A stretch of 64,000 nt of DNA from IMG/VR virus record IMGVR_UViG_3300020171_000001, positions 64,001 to 128,000 of that record; one strand, 5' to 3'. The notes under the pieces are model-generated. The model made no database searches. It was not told the origin of the DNA and worked only from the letters and a program-made list of their open reading frames with translations. Source of the stretch: a virus. Each line of letters begins with the position of its first letter. Positions within the stretch are counted from its first letter, which is position 1. The translations under genes and the position numbers were made by a program. Positions 8,042-17,696 of the stretch are shown here, one piece after another.

Positions 8042-8580
8042 GCTTGTGGCCGCCACGCCTCAAGGTTGAGGCTCATCAACCTCCCGTCGGCCTTTCGCAG
8101 GTGGGGAAGATACGCCTGGGAGAAGTCATCCACGTGCGCATGCTCAGTCCTGCGCCAGTCGTAGCGCTGGATGCGCACGAAGCCCGCGGCTGAGAGGGCC
8201 ATGGTGAGCCACGCTTCATCGAAGGCGCAGTGGTGGAAGTTCAGTGGGTGGTCCTGCCCCCCGTAGAGTAGGCCGTGGAGTCCTTCAAGGCTCTTAGTCT
8301 CCTGGTACCAAGCGCAGATCGCAGAGAAGTCCGGGACGGCGAGTCGGAGGACCCCACCAGGTGAGAGAACACTGCGCCAGTCCCCGAGCACGCGGGGAAT
8401 AGCCTCGCGGTGAAAATGCTCCAGGATATGCGACGCGTAGACTGCTTCTGCGACTCCTGCACCAAACGCTTCGACGAGGTGGGCCGCAGAGACGATGTGG
8501 TCGATGTGCGCGTGCGGCATCAGGTCGACGTGGACCCAGCCCGCGATGTACCGTGGTCCGCAGCCGATGTGGAGTTTCAC
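8038..8580 (-). CDS. class I SAM-dependent methyltransferase
   Basis: KLHIGCG..IAGWVHVD, YASHILEHF, LSPGGVLRLAVPD. Confidence 0.9.
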   Translation of the reverse strand: MKLHIGCGPRYIAGWVHVDLMPHAHIDHIVSAAHLVEAFGAGVAEAVYASHILEHFHREAIPRVLGDWRSVLSPGGVLRLAVPDFSAICAWYQETKSLEGLHGLLYGGQDHPLNFHHCAFDEAWLTMALSAAGFVRIQRYDWRRTEHAHVDDFSQAYLPHLRKADGRLMSLNLEAWRPQA

Positions 8581-9365
8581 GTCGGTACCTCGCAGACCAC
8601 GTTGACGCTCCGTTTGGACAAGTCGTCCTCTGCAATGATGGCCTCGAGGTCCACAGGAGAAAAGGTCTCCTCACGTACGAATCTGTAGCCCATGTCCTGC
8701 AGCAAGAGCAGCATCTCCCGCGTCTTCGTTCCGTAGGTGTAGTTGCTATCGCGAGCAAGCCCTGCAGACTCACGGAGGGTATAGTCGCAGACCTCGAGGA
8801 GCAGGACCGGGCGGAGCCGGGCCAGGGTCCTTCGTGCTCCGAAGATGAAGTCCAACTCGCTGCCATCGAGGTCCACTTTGGCGAAGTCCAGGCGGTCCAT
8901 CTGCAGATCGTCCAGTGCCACCGTTGCTATCTGCGCAGAGGGTTGCTCGCAGCGCGTGGGCGGCCAGGAGTAGTTGAAGAAGGTTTCCTGTGGCCCCTGT
9001 GCCCTCCGCCCAAGAGCTTTGCAGTGGACCACGGTGTTTTCGATGTCGTTTAGTCTGCAGTGCTCCCCGATCAGGGCAGCCGGCTCGGGCATGGCTTCGA
9101 AAGAGGCCACGTGGCCCCCCGGCCCCACCAAATACGCCAGAAGCACTGTGTAGTAGCCCATGTTGGCGCCGGCGTCCAGTACGTGCATGCCTGGGCGGAC
9201 AAGGCTCTCGACGGCCCACGTGGAATAGGGCTCCCAGATGTGGCTTCGGAGGACAGAGCCATCGATGAGCTGTTCGGGGTCGAGTAGCCAATGGAAAGCC
9301 GGAGTGTCTCCCCGCTTCAAGGCTATGGGCGCGTCATACGGCTCTTTCAAACTACGGTAGGTCAT
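8577..9365 (-). CDS. FkbM-family methyltransferase
   Basis: WEP, VLDAGANMGYYT, VASFEA, LDDL..DFAKVDLDGSE. Confidence 0.9.
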   Translation of the reverse strand: MTYRSLKEPYDAPIALKRGDTPAFHWLLDPEQLIDGSVLRSHIWEPYSTWAVESLVRPGMHVLDAGANMGYYTVLLAYLVGPGGHVASFEAMPEPAALIGEHCRLNDIENTVVHCKALGRRAQGPQETFFNYSWPPTRCEQPSAQIATVALDDLQMDRLDFAKVDLDGSELDFIFGARRTLARLRPVLLLEVCDYTLRESAGLARDSNYTYGTKTREMLLLLQDMGYRFVREETFSPVDLEAIIAEDDLSKRSVNVVCEVPT

Positions 9366-10228
9366 GGCCAAGTTCTCCCAACCAAGGACATTGCTTCGTG
9401 CACACATGGATCTCCGTAGCAAATCTCCACGTAGCGCTGGATAGGGTTTGCCACATTGGGGTCGACGCGGACCCCGCGGATTCCTGGTAGCCCATCAACG
9501 TCATTGCCAGACCACGGGTTCCTGTCAACGGTGCCTGCCAAGATCGCATTGCGCAGTGTATGCACATTCCCGCCGATGTGGTGCTGCCGTTTTTCTCCGT
9601 AGTCCTCTGCTGGAACCGTCAGGATCTTCGTGGTCTCTGAGCTCTTCAAGCCCATAATACGCGGCATGGCATGGCTTGCGTCGGTAGCCAAATCCTCATA
9701 GGCCAGCACATGGTCAGGCGCTGATGCGGAGAGAGCTATGACGTTGGCGGCCCAGTTTGCAGCCCACAGTGCTACGTCGCTGTCTGCTGCGTTCTCACCG
9801 ACGAGAGACCGTGCGTAGGCCCAGGGGGGCTTGTGGACCAGAACCCGGATGTGCTGCTCATCCGGGTTGCAAGTCTGCATGATGCTTGTGTACCCCGGGT
9901 TCTTGCTGGTATCAATGAGCCAGCCCGTGACCCCGAAAAGTTTGCGTACCTGTTGGTAGTGGTCGCGCAAAGTCAGACTGGAGTGCTCCTTGATGAACGG
10001 GCACATGCCGCCGCAAGACCTGCAATATGCCCGGTAGATGCCCGAGGCATAGCGCTGGCGACGAAGGGCGATGAACAAATCGTGGTCGTTTGCACTCATG
10101 TTGAGGACACAGTAGTGGATCCACTCCCCCAGCATGGTCCATCCGGGCTGCGCACCAGCGATTAAGCCGAGGAGCGTGGAGCCGGATCGGCCCATACCCA
10201 CGACGTGGAGGACGCCAGTGCCCGTCAT
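9362..10228 (-). CDS. sulfotransferase family protein
   Basis: VVGMGRSGSTLL PAPS-binding loop, LGE, IDTSK, YEDLA, HHIGGN. Confidence 0.8.
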   Translation of the reverse strand: MTGTGVLHVVGMGRSGSTLLGLIAGAQPGWTMLGEWIHYCVLNMSANDHDLFIALRRQRYASGIYRAYCRSCGGMCPFIKEHSSLTLRDHYQQVRKLFGVTGWLIDTSKNPGYTSIMQTCNPDEQHIRVLVHKPPWAYARSLVGENAADSDVALWAANWAANVIALSASAPDHVLAYEDLATDASHAMPRIMGLKSSETTKILTVPAEDYGEKRQHHIGGNVHTLRNAILAGTVDRNPWSGNDVDGLPGIRGVRVDPNVANPIQRYVEICYGDPCVHEAMSLVGRTWP

Positions 10229-11418
10229 TGCTGAAACTCATTCGGTGCCAAACGCTGGAGGTACCGGCCATAGCAGTGCCGAATGGCCTCTCGGTAGCTG
10301 TTCTTGGCTACGACAGTATCGGTATGCTCTTTGGCTGCCAGGGCCATCCGAGACAGGAACTCTCCGTCCTCCCGTGGGGCCTTCAGCACCTGGAAGAAGT
10401 TCGCAATGGAGCCATCGAACCCAATGTAGTGCGTTCCATTACGGTAGCCGAATTCAGTGAGTTCTCCGTGCCTATCATGGAGAACCTGGACCACGCCTGT
10501 TTCGAACAAGTCGAACAATCTACCGTTGAAGAACGACGAGATCGGGAAGTTTACGCCGAATCGCGATCTGGCGTAATAAGGCGCCACGACGTACCCGTTC
10601 CGGTTGACGTCGTTTCGCGGTAGAAGTTCTCCATCGCGCATGCCAGAGCCACAGAGAAGACTGCGGTGCCCGGTTTCTCCCGCGCGGTGGTTCAACTCGG
10701 TCAGGAACGCACGGCGTTCCGGGTTCATGTCCCCGCGGCAGCCGACGAAGATTAAATCGATGTCGACTGCGCCCCGGCGCAGATCCTCTGCTTTTTGCTG
10801 TACGGTGAATCCTGTGTCCTTGCACCATGCCTGGAGTTGATCGGATGTCCCCCCAATGTGCATACGACAGTAGGGTAGACCGAGAGCCTGGTACTTCTCT
10901 GCAGTTCGCACGCCGGTAGCATAGTCCCAGGTAAGCATTCGATAAACCAGCGCATCGAAATACTTTGCCACAGGGAATGTCTTGATCTCCGATGACCCCG
11001 GGCAGTCATCTCCGAACTCCAGGATGCAGACCTTGAACCTGCCCGAGATCCGCTCCATGACCTCTGGGAAGCACTGATAGGCGTGCTGCCAACGCAGGAT
11101 CTCGTGGTCCCCCGAGAGTCGAAGGAGATCAGAGACCAGTTGGTTTACAACGGCAGGGGCCGGCCTGCGCGTGTTGTCAACCATCCCCGGAGCCATCCCC
11201 TGGGGGAGTTCTAGTACTCCTGCGCGGACATAGGGCAGATACTGAGGGTACGTGGTGGTGTCCACGACGAGGTCTACCCCTTCGTCGGCGAAGCGGTACG
11301 GGTTTCCCCCCCGCCGCTCCTGGATGATCTTGGAGAAATCCGTGTCGTCGGTGTCCGGCCACTTCTGCCAGCTCCGTTGATCGGTGATCAGGACTTCCTT
11401 GACCCCAACAGTTGTCAT
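10225..11418 (-). CDS. glycosyltransferase (GT-B, CgeB/Glyco_trans_1_2-like)
   Basis: DLIFVG..RRAFL..YYARSRFGVNF..NGRLFD...G C-terminal domain pattern. Confidence 0.75.
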   Translation of the reverse strand: MTTVGVKEVLITDQRSWQKWPDTDDTDFSKIIQERRGGNPYRFADEGVDLVVDTTTYPQYLPYVRAGVLELPQGMAPGMVDNTRRPAPAVVNQLVSDLLRLSGDHEILRWQHAYQCFPEVMERISGRFKVCILEFGDDCPGSSEIKTFPVAKYFDALVYRMLTWDYATGVRTAEKYQALGLPYCRMHIGGTSDQLQAWCKDTGFTVQQKAEDLRRGAVDIDLIFVGCRGDMNPERRAFLTELNHRAGETGHRSLLCGSGMRDGELLPRNDVNRNGYVVAPYYARSRFGVNFPISSFFNGRLFDLFETGVVQVLHDRHGELTEFGYRNGTHYIGFDGSIANFFQVLKAPREDGEFLSRMALAAKEHTDTVVAKNSYREAIRHCYGRYLQRLAPNEFQQ

Positions 11419-13127
11419 CTCCGGAAGCCCCAGATCGTGGCCACGGAGAGTTCTGGGACGGGGACCTGCGACGCTTCGTAACCCAATAAGCGTATGCCGT
11501 CCACCAGCGCGGCTTGCTCTTCGGCCCCAGGCCGATGAATCCACCAGCGCTCTACGTCGATAACTGCGTCCCGTCCGTTGAGGGCCAAACGGAGCTTGTC
11601 TGCCTCTGGGACTTCCCACGTTCGCCAGTGCTCATTTATGACGTTTGTGGCGACAAGCATGTCGTAATCCGGTCCGGAGTACCCATCGGGGAACGTCGAA
11701 CAAAGCACCTCGAGATTGCACGCGACCCTCGGGTGCATTCGGGCCATCCAGGCCTGAATATACCGAGCTCCACGGGCCCGCTCGGGGTCAATGTCCACGG
11801 CAACCGCGGGGAACCCGAGGGCAGCCAAGGCCAGAGCTAACTGCGCGTGCCCAGCGCCAACTTCGAGAACTCGCTGAGGCCGTGGGCCTTGGCGGGCCAA
11901 CCATCGGACGATTCCACGGTCATTTGCATCGAGGATTGAGCCCGAGTCCATCTTGTACTTGTAGTACCCGTCGATGGCCAGCCGGCCCGGATTCTCTGCG
12001 AACCAGCTCCGGTGTGCTTCCAAGAGACCAGCGTCGAAGGCATCGAGGTCAGGATCACTGGAGTCAGGGCCACCAGGGCCAACGTCATTGCCCCTAACGC
12101 AGGCTCTGCGTGGGCCACCGGCTGAACTGGATTTGGAGTCGGTTTGCATAGGTTTGCTCTCAAGGATACTTGTAACGTCTGCGAAGCAGACAGGGATCTC
12201 CTCACGCGCGCAAGCCGCGGTCAAACCATCCATGGCCCGGGCTACACGGGGATTGGCAACTGGGGTCCACGTGTCAGCGATGCTTCTCCAGTACACGTCC
12301 CAGAGTGAGTGCGCGTGAGTCTTGATATAGAGTGTGCCGCCGATGACAGGGGACTCCTCAAGCCAGGACACTACGGCGTCAGCCGGCGCCGTGTCTCCGT
12401 GGGCAACAGCGTCCAGGGATACTCGGGAAAACGGCGTGGGGCTGTTCCAGATCAGGAATCGCCCTTCGGCTGCCAGCTGAGATGCGCTCGGGATACGCAA
12501 CAACGCGGTTCGGGGCTTGGCCCCGTCTGCGGCATACCCTTTGGGCGCGGAGAAGGGGACCACGGTATGCGGCGCAGGAATCGTTGGGGCGCAATGCCTG
12601 CGGCCGGGCGGAAAGGAAAAGTCTGCTATCACTCCGTGGCGATGGAGAACAGCGATTTCGTCCACGATGTCGCAGATCGCCGGGTCAGAGGCATTGAGGG
12701 ACCAGCAGCCATGGACGAAGGCTGCGTATTGCGGCAGGTGTAGATCTGCGCGCTGGGCCACGAGGTACCCAAGGAGACTGGACAGTCGGTTGGAGTTGGC
12801 CTCTGGATCGTGGGGCCAGCACTCATGATGAATATGGATTTGCTGGTCTACGCCCGCGCCGACGAGGGCCTTCTGGATCTCCAGGTCAGACGCCATCCTC
12901 GCAGGATTCTCACGGACTCCCAGGTCCCTCTCGTCCCCGAGGATAAAGGACTGCGAGCTGAAGAACACGGAGATGGCTCGAGACCAGGAGCATTGCTTCA
13001 GCAATTCGAGCCACCGCCGGACGTGCCCCACAGACATGAAGGAGCCAGAACCATCTGTCTGGTAAGGCTCAAAGTGGTCGCAATGCGCTAGCACGACGCG
13101 CTGGACGCCACGTTGGGCCAGAGTCAT
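11415..13127 (-). CDS. DHFEP/HxHH putative metallo-hydrolase (deacetylase-like) domain fused to a SAM methyltransferase
   Basis: N-terminal CDHFEP, QIHIHH, FVHGCWSL, ADFSFP, IKTHAH; C-terminal RVLEVGAGHA..AVDID. Confidence 0.65.
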   Translation of the reverse strand: MTLAQRGVQRVVLAHCDHFEPYQTDGSGSFMSVGHVRRWLELLKQCSWSRAISVFFSSQSFILGDERDLGVRENPARMASDLEIQKALVGAGVDQQIHIHHECWPHDPEANSNRLSSLLGYLVAQRADLHLPQYAAFVHGCWSLNASDPAICDIVDEIAVLHRHGVIADFSFPPGRRHCAPTIPAPHTVVPFSAPKGYAADGAKPRTALLRIPSASQLAAEGRFLIWNSPTPFSRVSLDAVAHGDTAPADAVVSWLEESPVIGGTLYIKTHAHSLWDVYWRSIADTWTPVANPRVARAMDGLTAACAREEIPVCFADVTSILESKPMQTDSKSSSAGGPRRACVRGNDVGPGGPDSSDPDLDAFDAGLLEAHRSWFAENPGRLAIDGYYKYKMDSGSILDANDRGIVRWLARQGPRPQRVLEVGAGHAQLALALAALGFPAVAVDIDPERARGARYIQAWMARMHPRVACNLEVLCSTFPDGYSGPDYDMLVATNVINEHWRTWEVPEADKLRLALNGRDAVIDVERWWIHRPGAEEQAALVDGIRLLGYEASQVPVPELSVATIWGFRR

Positions 13128-13735
13128 GGCTTCGTCCCCCAGGGCCACACGCGCACCTCGGGCGTTGCAAGCCCGTGGAAGGTTGCCTTGCTCTCCCCAT
13201 GGGTGTAAAAGCCGTCTTTCCCGACGCCGTTTGTCCCTCGCCACCAGTGGCCGTCTCGGACTATGACGGCTGGGTCGAGAAGAATATCGTCATAGCCCAA
13301 AAGGCGACCGTCGGCTCCCCGGTAGACCGACTGGTGCTCCTTTTCGACATCTAGTAGGAATGGCCGGGCCACGAGGTCCTGGGGCCCTACTACCTCGACG
13401 ACGCTGTGTCCGCTAGTGCCGTCAGAGTGGAGCAGCTCGATCCCCCGGCATTCCACGCGGAAGATATGATATGCAAGAAAGGCAAAGAGAAGGCACTGCT
13501 GCTCGCACCAGCCTGCGCGCTGTTCCAGGATCTCTCGAGGGCAAAGGCTTCCGGGGTGACTCAGGGGGTGAGCGATCTCGGTGCCGACCCAGACCATGAG
13601 ACGAAGTAGCCGCTCTTCTAGGCTCCCGTTCCCCGCCGAGGTCCGAGCCATGGCAATCTGCAGTCGGATTCGTCGATCCGGCTGCACCTCGGCATGGTTG
13701 GCCCAGCGATTCCAGTCGCCGATCGACGCAGGCAT
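13124..13735 (-). CDS. transglutaminase-like protein
   Basis: AGWCEQQC (Cys), GHSVVEV (His), FLLD (Asp) triad. Confidence 0.75.
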   Translation of the reverse strand: MPASIGDWNRWANHAEVQPDRRIRLQIAMARTSAGNGSLEERLLRLMVWVGTEIAHPLSHPGSLCPREILEQRAGWCEQQCLLFAFLAYHIFRVECRGIELLHSDGTSGHSVVEVVGPQDLVARPFLLDVEKEHQSVYRGADGRLLGYDDILLDPAVIVRDGHWWRGTNGVGKDGFYTHGESKATFHGLATPEVRVWPWGTKP

Positions 13736-13742
13736 TTGGGTG

Positions 13743-14528
13743 TTATCCCCTCTTGAACCCGGAGACGGAAACTGGGAATCCGCCTACCCACGTAGCAACG
13801 AATCCGCTGGCAGTGAACCAACCGGTGACCTCTTCGACGGTATGCCAGAACCGATATCTCGGTGTCAGCCAGTCAAAGAAGTCGCTGATGCACTGCTCAT
13901 CATTCGGATTGTAGGACGGCCGCAGGACCTCTTCCAGGGGCCCCCACGCGGGATGGCACAGGTCGCGGATCTGCACGGCGTATTCACGGCAGATGCCATA
14001 GAGGACCTCGGGGGGAACGGCCCTGGTCACCTCATGCATGAAGTCCACGAGGATCTGATGCTTTGGATCTGCCGTGGGCCGGGTGTAGACCCAGATAGCC
14101 ATTTGGCCCCCCGGCTTGACGGTCCGGGCCACATTGGCGAAGGACTGCGCCGGGTCTGCCGTGTGGTGGAGGACCCCGATGGACATGGCCATGTCGACGG
14201 ACGCATCGGGGAGGAATCCGGGTATCGTCAGGTCCGCCTGGATCAGCTCCGCCTGCGGCGCGTTTTCACGAGCCGCTGCGAGCCCGTCGGGGGACACGTC
14301 CACACCGATGGCCTTGCCTCCGTGGTCAGTGATGAACCGGCAGTATCGGCCGATCCCGCAGCCTGCGTCCAGGACGACCTTGCCCGCCAAGTCTTCAAGC
14401 CGCCAACCGGTCTTCTCCATGAACTGCTTCGCGGTGGTCGGCTGGGGCTCCGGGTGCCGTCTCCAGCGCTGGTCGAAGCCCTTGTCTGATTCGGGGGGTG
14501 ACGACGACGACGACGATGACCGGGTCAT
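13743..14528 (-). CDS. class I SAM-dependent methyltransferase
   Basis: VLDAGCGIGRY, GVDVS, SIGVLHHT, VKPGG. Confidence 0.9.
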   Translation of the reverse strand: MTRSSSSSSSPPESDKGFDQRWRRHPEPQPTTAKQFMEKTGWRLEDLAGKVVLDAGCGIGRYCRFITDHGGKAIGVDVSPDGLAAARENAPQAELIQADLTIPGFLPDASVDMAMSIGVLHHTADPAQSFANVARTVKPGGQMAIWVYTRPTADPKHQILVDFMHEVTRAVPPEVLYGICREYAVQIRDLCHPAWGPLEEVLRPSYNPNDEQCISDFFDWLTPRYRFWHTVEEVTGWFTASGFVATWVGGFPVSVSGFKRG

Positions 14529-15454
14529 GCTGGCTCCTTGGGCTTGGGCTGGCTCAGATACGGGCCGGCGGGGGCAAGGGCGAAGGTGTTGAGTAGCCAT
14601 GTCAGGAGGACTGCTTGTTGATGCGGGCCGGCGCGGCCGAACCGCAGGGTCTTGACGGCATCGTTGGGCACGGCTGGCACTTCATCAGGAGCCAAGAGCA
14701 GCGTCTCGGAGACATCCTGTACAAGGGCCGCAGCAGCTGGGAGCGGGGCAAGCCCCTCTACCAGTCTCTGGAAGTACGTGGTCCACTCCTCCGCAGTGCG
14801 ACTGAGCCTCGCGAGGTCGCGTGGGAGTCGTGGTGATACCCGGGGAAAGTCTTGAATAGCTGCCCACTGGTCGTCGGTGCACTCGGCACCGCGAAGCAGC
14901 ACGCCGTAGGTGGCCAAAGCATCCCCGAGGTTCGGTATGCGGAACGGCGGTTCCTCCTCCCTGTTCTTCCCGCAAGTCCAGAGGACCGCTTCGTAGGGCT
15001 CGATGAGGGCTGCCAACTCCTCCGGAGTGTACTCGCGGACGTGGAAGGGATTCTGGCACTTCCAGGTATTCCAGTTCGGCGTGGAAAGAAATACAAACCG
15101 TCGTGCCACGCGATGGAGTTGGGACAGGAACTCGGTATCCTCTTCGACGTGCTCGAGGACATCCATGGCCGTGACCGCGTCAAACGACCGATCCCGGAAG
15201 TCCTCGATCGGGAGGTCCAGGACGTGCATACGATCCACGGGCGCCGGGTCAGTCCCCACCACGCGCGTGGTTTCACCGGAACGGAGGAGCGCCAGGCCTC
15301 TCCCGTCCCCAGCGCCAACGTCCAGCACGGACAGATCCTTTGCGAGGTACGATGCCAGGAGGTACCAGTGGTCTTGCCCGCCGGTGGCGTTGCTGGCACG
15401 CTGGGCCGGCGGGAGCTTCTCCAATCGCTGGGGTTCAGTTACATTGCGCGGCAC
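14525..15454 (-). CDS. class I SAM methyltransferase with a degenerate transglutaminase-like C-terminal segment
   Basis: VLDVGAGDG, FDAVTAMDVLEHV, STPN, NPFHVREYT; start uncertain (GTG 15454 or TTG 15481). Confidence 0.8.
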   Translation of the reverse strand: MPRNVTEPQRLEKLPPAQRASNATGGQDHWYLLASYLAKDLSVLDVGAGDGRGLALLRSGETTRVVGTDPAPVDRMHVLDLPIEDFRDRSFDAVTAMDVLEHVEEDTEFLSQLHRVARRFVFLSTPNWNTWKCQNPFHVREYTPEELAALIEPYEAVLWTCGKNREEEPPFRIPNLGDALATYGVLLRGAECTDDQWAAIQDFPRVSPRLPRDLARLSRTAEEWTTYFQRLVEGLAPLPAAAALVQDVSETLLLAPDEVPAVPNDAVKTLRFGRAGPHQQAVLLTWLLNTFALAPAGPYLSQPKPKEPA

Positions 15455-17571
15455 AAGAATTCCTCGTAGCGCTGGGACCAAACTGACCAGCTCCAGCGCG
15501 CTTCGATCTCTGCCCGGTTGATGCGGCCCATCTCGGCTACACGGAGCGGATCAGCACGGAGCATGCAGATGGCTTGCGCCAGGGCATCCCTGGTGCGTTC
15601 CACGATCACGATCCCTGTGTCTCCAAACTCCTGGATCTGCGAGCGCTGCATCTCCCGGTGGTTTCCGCAGTCCGTGGTGATTAGCGCATGACCCGAGGCC
15701 ATCCCCTCCATCACGGAATTACTCGCCCCTTCGTATTTGGACATGCAAAGGCACAGGTTGGCCTTCAAGTAGAACACGGGCATCTCGGCCGGGGATAGCC
15801 TGGCTGTGTGGTACTCGGCAAAGACCAGGGGCTGCTTCAGACCCTCGCAGACCGGCTTGATGATGGTGTCGAACCCCTTGACGTCTCCGCAGGCCCCAGA
15901 TGCGTGCTGGGCGTTGCCGTTCCAGGAACAGATGACCTCGCCGGACACAGGGGTCGGCTCGGGGAATCGGTTCATGTTTACAGGATTCGTGAGGTACACC
16001 GCATTGGGGCAGTGGTCGCGCAGCTCGTCGTAGTTTTGCTTCGTGACGACATGAAATGCCCGAAAGCGATTCACGAGCGCGATGTCTTCGGCCGTTGGCG
16101 GCCCCGGCTTTTCAGGCTTGAACCAGAGCGCACGGAGGCTGCCGACGGTGCGGTCCCACGGGAGCATCGCGTCGATGCCCCAGCGGTGGTAGACGCAGAA
16201 CACCGTGTTGAACCGCAACATGGCTGCGCGAATGCGCTCGTCCACTTCATGCGCAGGCAGCGCCTGGCGACCCTGCGCCTCAATCCGTGCGTTGCACCAG
16301 TCGATCACGAACCAGTGTGCAAACCCGCGCTTGCTTCCGAGGTAGAGTTCGAGGTCCTTCATGTTCTGGTGGAAGGCCCAATCTCTCACATCGGAGAGGA
16401 GCAATACGTCGCCGTCCTCGGCCATCTGCTCTACCCCGAGTGCCCGGGCCTGCGCCTCTGCGGGCCCACAGTGCCCCCGTGGGGAAACTAGCCGCGGTTC
16501 GCCCGCGGGCTCGGACCCAGGCCCGGGCGCGGGCGCGAGTGCGGGCGCCGCGACAGGCTGAGCCATGGGCTGCAGGACTTCTGGTGAAACCGGCCGCGTC
16601 GTAGCTAACCCCTGGGGGACACTCTGGCCTTGGATCGCGAGAGCCGCCAGGAGGCACCGGCGCCAGTTCTCCAGGGTGACGTCCCATGCCCAGCGTTGCT
16701 CGACCTCGGCGCGGGCGCCACGGGCCATGTTCGTTCGCGCGTCCGGGGCCATGCGCTTAACGGCTTCAATGGCCTCAACCAGGGCCCCGGTCGTGCGCTC
16801 GCGGAGGAGGAATCCGTTGACCTGGTCACGGATCATTCGCTGAGCGATGCCAACGCGCGTGGAGATGGGGATGCGTTGCGACGCCATGCCCTCGAGGATA
16901 GGGTTCGGCGTTCCTTCACGGACGGACATGCAGGTGATGCACGTGATCGCGTGGTAGAACGGTGGCATCTCGTGGAGCGAGCGTGAATTGCCCTTGGCGG
17001 CGTCAAGGACGTGGAGTTCGACATGCGCCTGCTGGCAAGCTTCGCGTACGAGCCCCAGCCCCTTGTAGTCTGTAATGCCCTTGTCTTGCCCCATACGAGC
17101 GCTGTTCCCGCACCAGCCAATGACCGGAGGCCCAGGAGGCAGCCGGGATGGCATGAAGAGCCGCGTGTTGACGCCGTCTGGGACGAGGAAGATGGGCGGG
17201 AGTTTGGCCCCCGCGGACCGCTGCTGGATGTCTTGCCGGATCTCCTCATTGCACACGGCAAGGATGTCCGTTTGCCGCAGTGCCAGGAGGAATTCAGGGG
17301 ACAGGTTGGCCGGCCCGGAGCAAAAACTCTCGTGGTCGTAGACACAAGTAATGAGCGTACCCGGGCGCAGGTTGGCCCGGAGCCGACAAGTATCCCCCCA
17401 CCAGAAGCAGACCAGTACCGAGGAGCCTGAAACCGGGGATAGGAGTTTGCTGCTTTGCTCGATGACAACCGTGGAAAACAGATTGCCAAGGCCTCGGGCG
17501 ATTTCACGGGAGATGTTGTGGAAGGCCCATCCGGGCTGGTCGATGCTGAGTACAAGGGTCTGCGAGGCCAT
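15439..17571 (-). CDS. double-domain glycosyltransferase (two GT4-like GT-B domains)
   Basis: Two repeats of WAFH...GWCGN/SWNGN..KG...MPxFY...S..EG..N..xEGMAS...WxW separated by a Pro/Ala linker. Confidence 0.9.
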   Translation of the reverse strand: MASQTLVLSIDQPGWAFHNISREIARGLGNLFSTVVIEQSSKLLSPVSGSSVLVCFWWGDTCRLRANLRPGTLITCVYDHESFCSGPANLSPEFLLALRQTDILAVCNEEIRQDIQQRSAGAKLPPIFLVPDGVNTRLFMPSRLPPGPPVIGWCGNSARMGQDKGITDYKGLGLVREACQQAHVELHVLDAAKGNSRSLHEMPPFYHAITCITCMSVREGTPNPILEGMASQRIPISTRVGIAQRMIRDQVNGFLLRERTTGALVEAIEAVKRMAPDARTNMARGARAEVEQRWAWDVTLENWRRCLLAALAIQGQSVPQGLATTRPVSPEVLQPMAQPVAAPALAPAPGPGSEPAGEPRLVSPRGHCGPAEAQARALGVEQMAEDGDVLLLSDVRDWAFHQNMKDLELYLGSKRGFAHWFVIDWCNARIEAQGRQALPAHEVDERIRAAMLRFNTVFCVYHRWGIDAMLPWDRTVGSLRALWFKPEKPGPPTAEDIALVNRFRAFHVVTKQNYDELRDHCPNAVYLTNPVNMNRFPEPTPVSGEVICSWNGNAQHASGACGDVKGFDTIIKPVCEGLKQPLVFAEYHTARLSPAEMPVFYLKANLCLCMSKYEGASNSVMEGMASGHALITTDCGNHREMQRSQIQEFGDTGIVIVERTRDALAQAICMLRADPLRVAEMGRINRAEIEARWSWSVWSQRYEEFLCRAM

Positions 17572-17696
17572 GCGCCCTTCCTTGTCCATCGCTAGTGGGC
17601 CTCTTGCCTGCCTATAGGCGGCAGCCGGTCGCGTGGCTTTTGAACTTGCTGCAGTGGCCAGCCAAGAGGCTGCGTGGGGGCCGGGGCAGAGCGGGC

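Noticed and set aside
6541-13735. Lasso-peptide cluster (Asn-synthetase-like plus transglutaminase-like proteins)
   Set aside because: The ligase motifs look AsnB-type (ADELFGGY), no RRE/PqqD domain or short precursor with Thr(-2) was seen, and the neighbours are glycan enzymes. Not fully excluded.
6541-17571. Host O-antigen/capsule locus or seroconversion cassette
   Set aside because: No wzx/wzy/ABC exporter, no nucleotide-sugar genes and no membrane GtrABC-type proteins; flanked on both sides by phage genes
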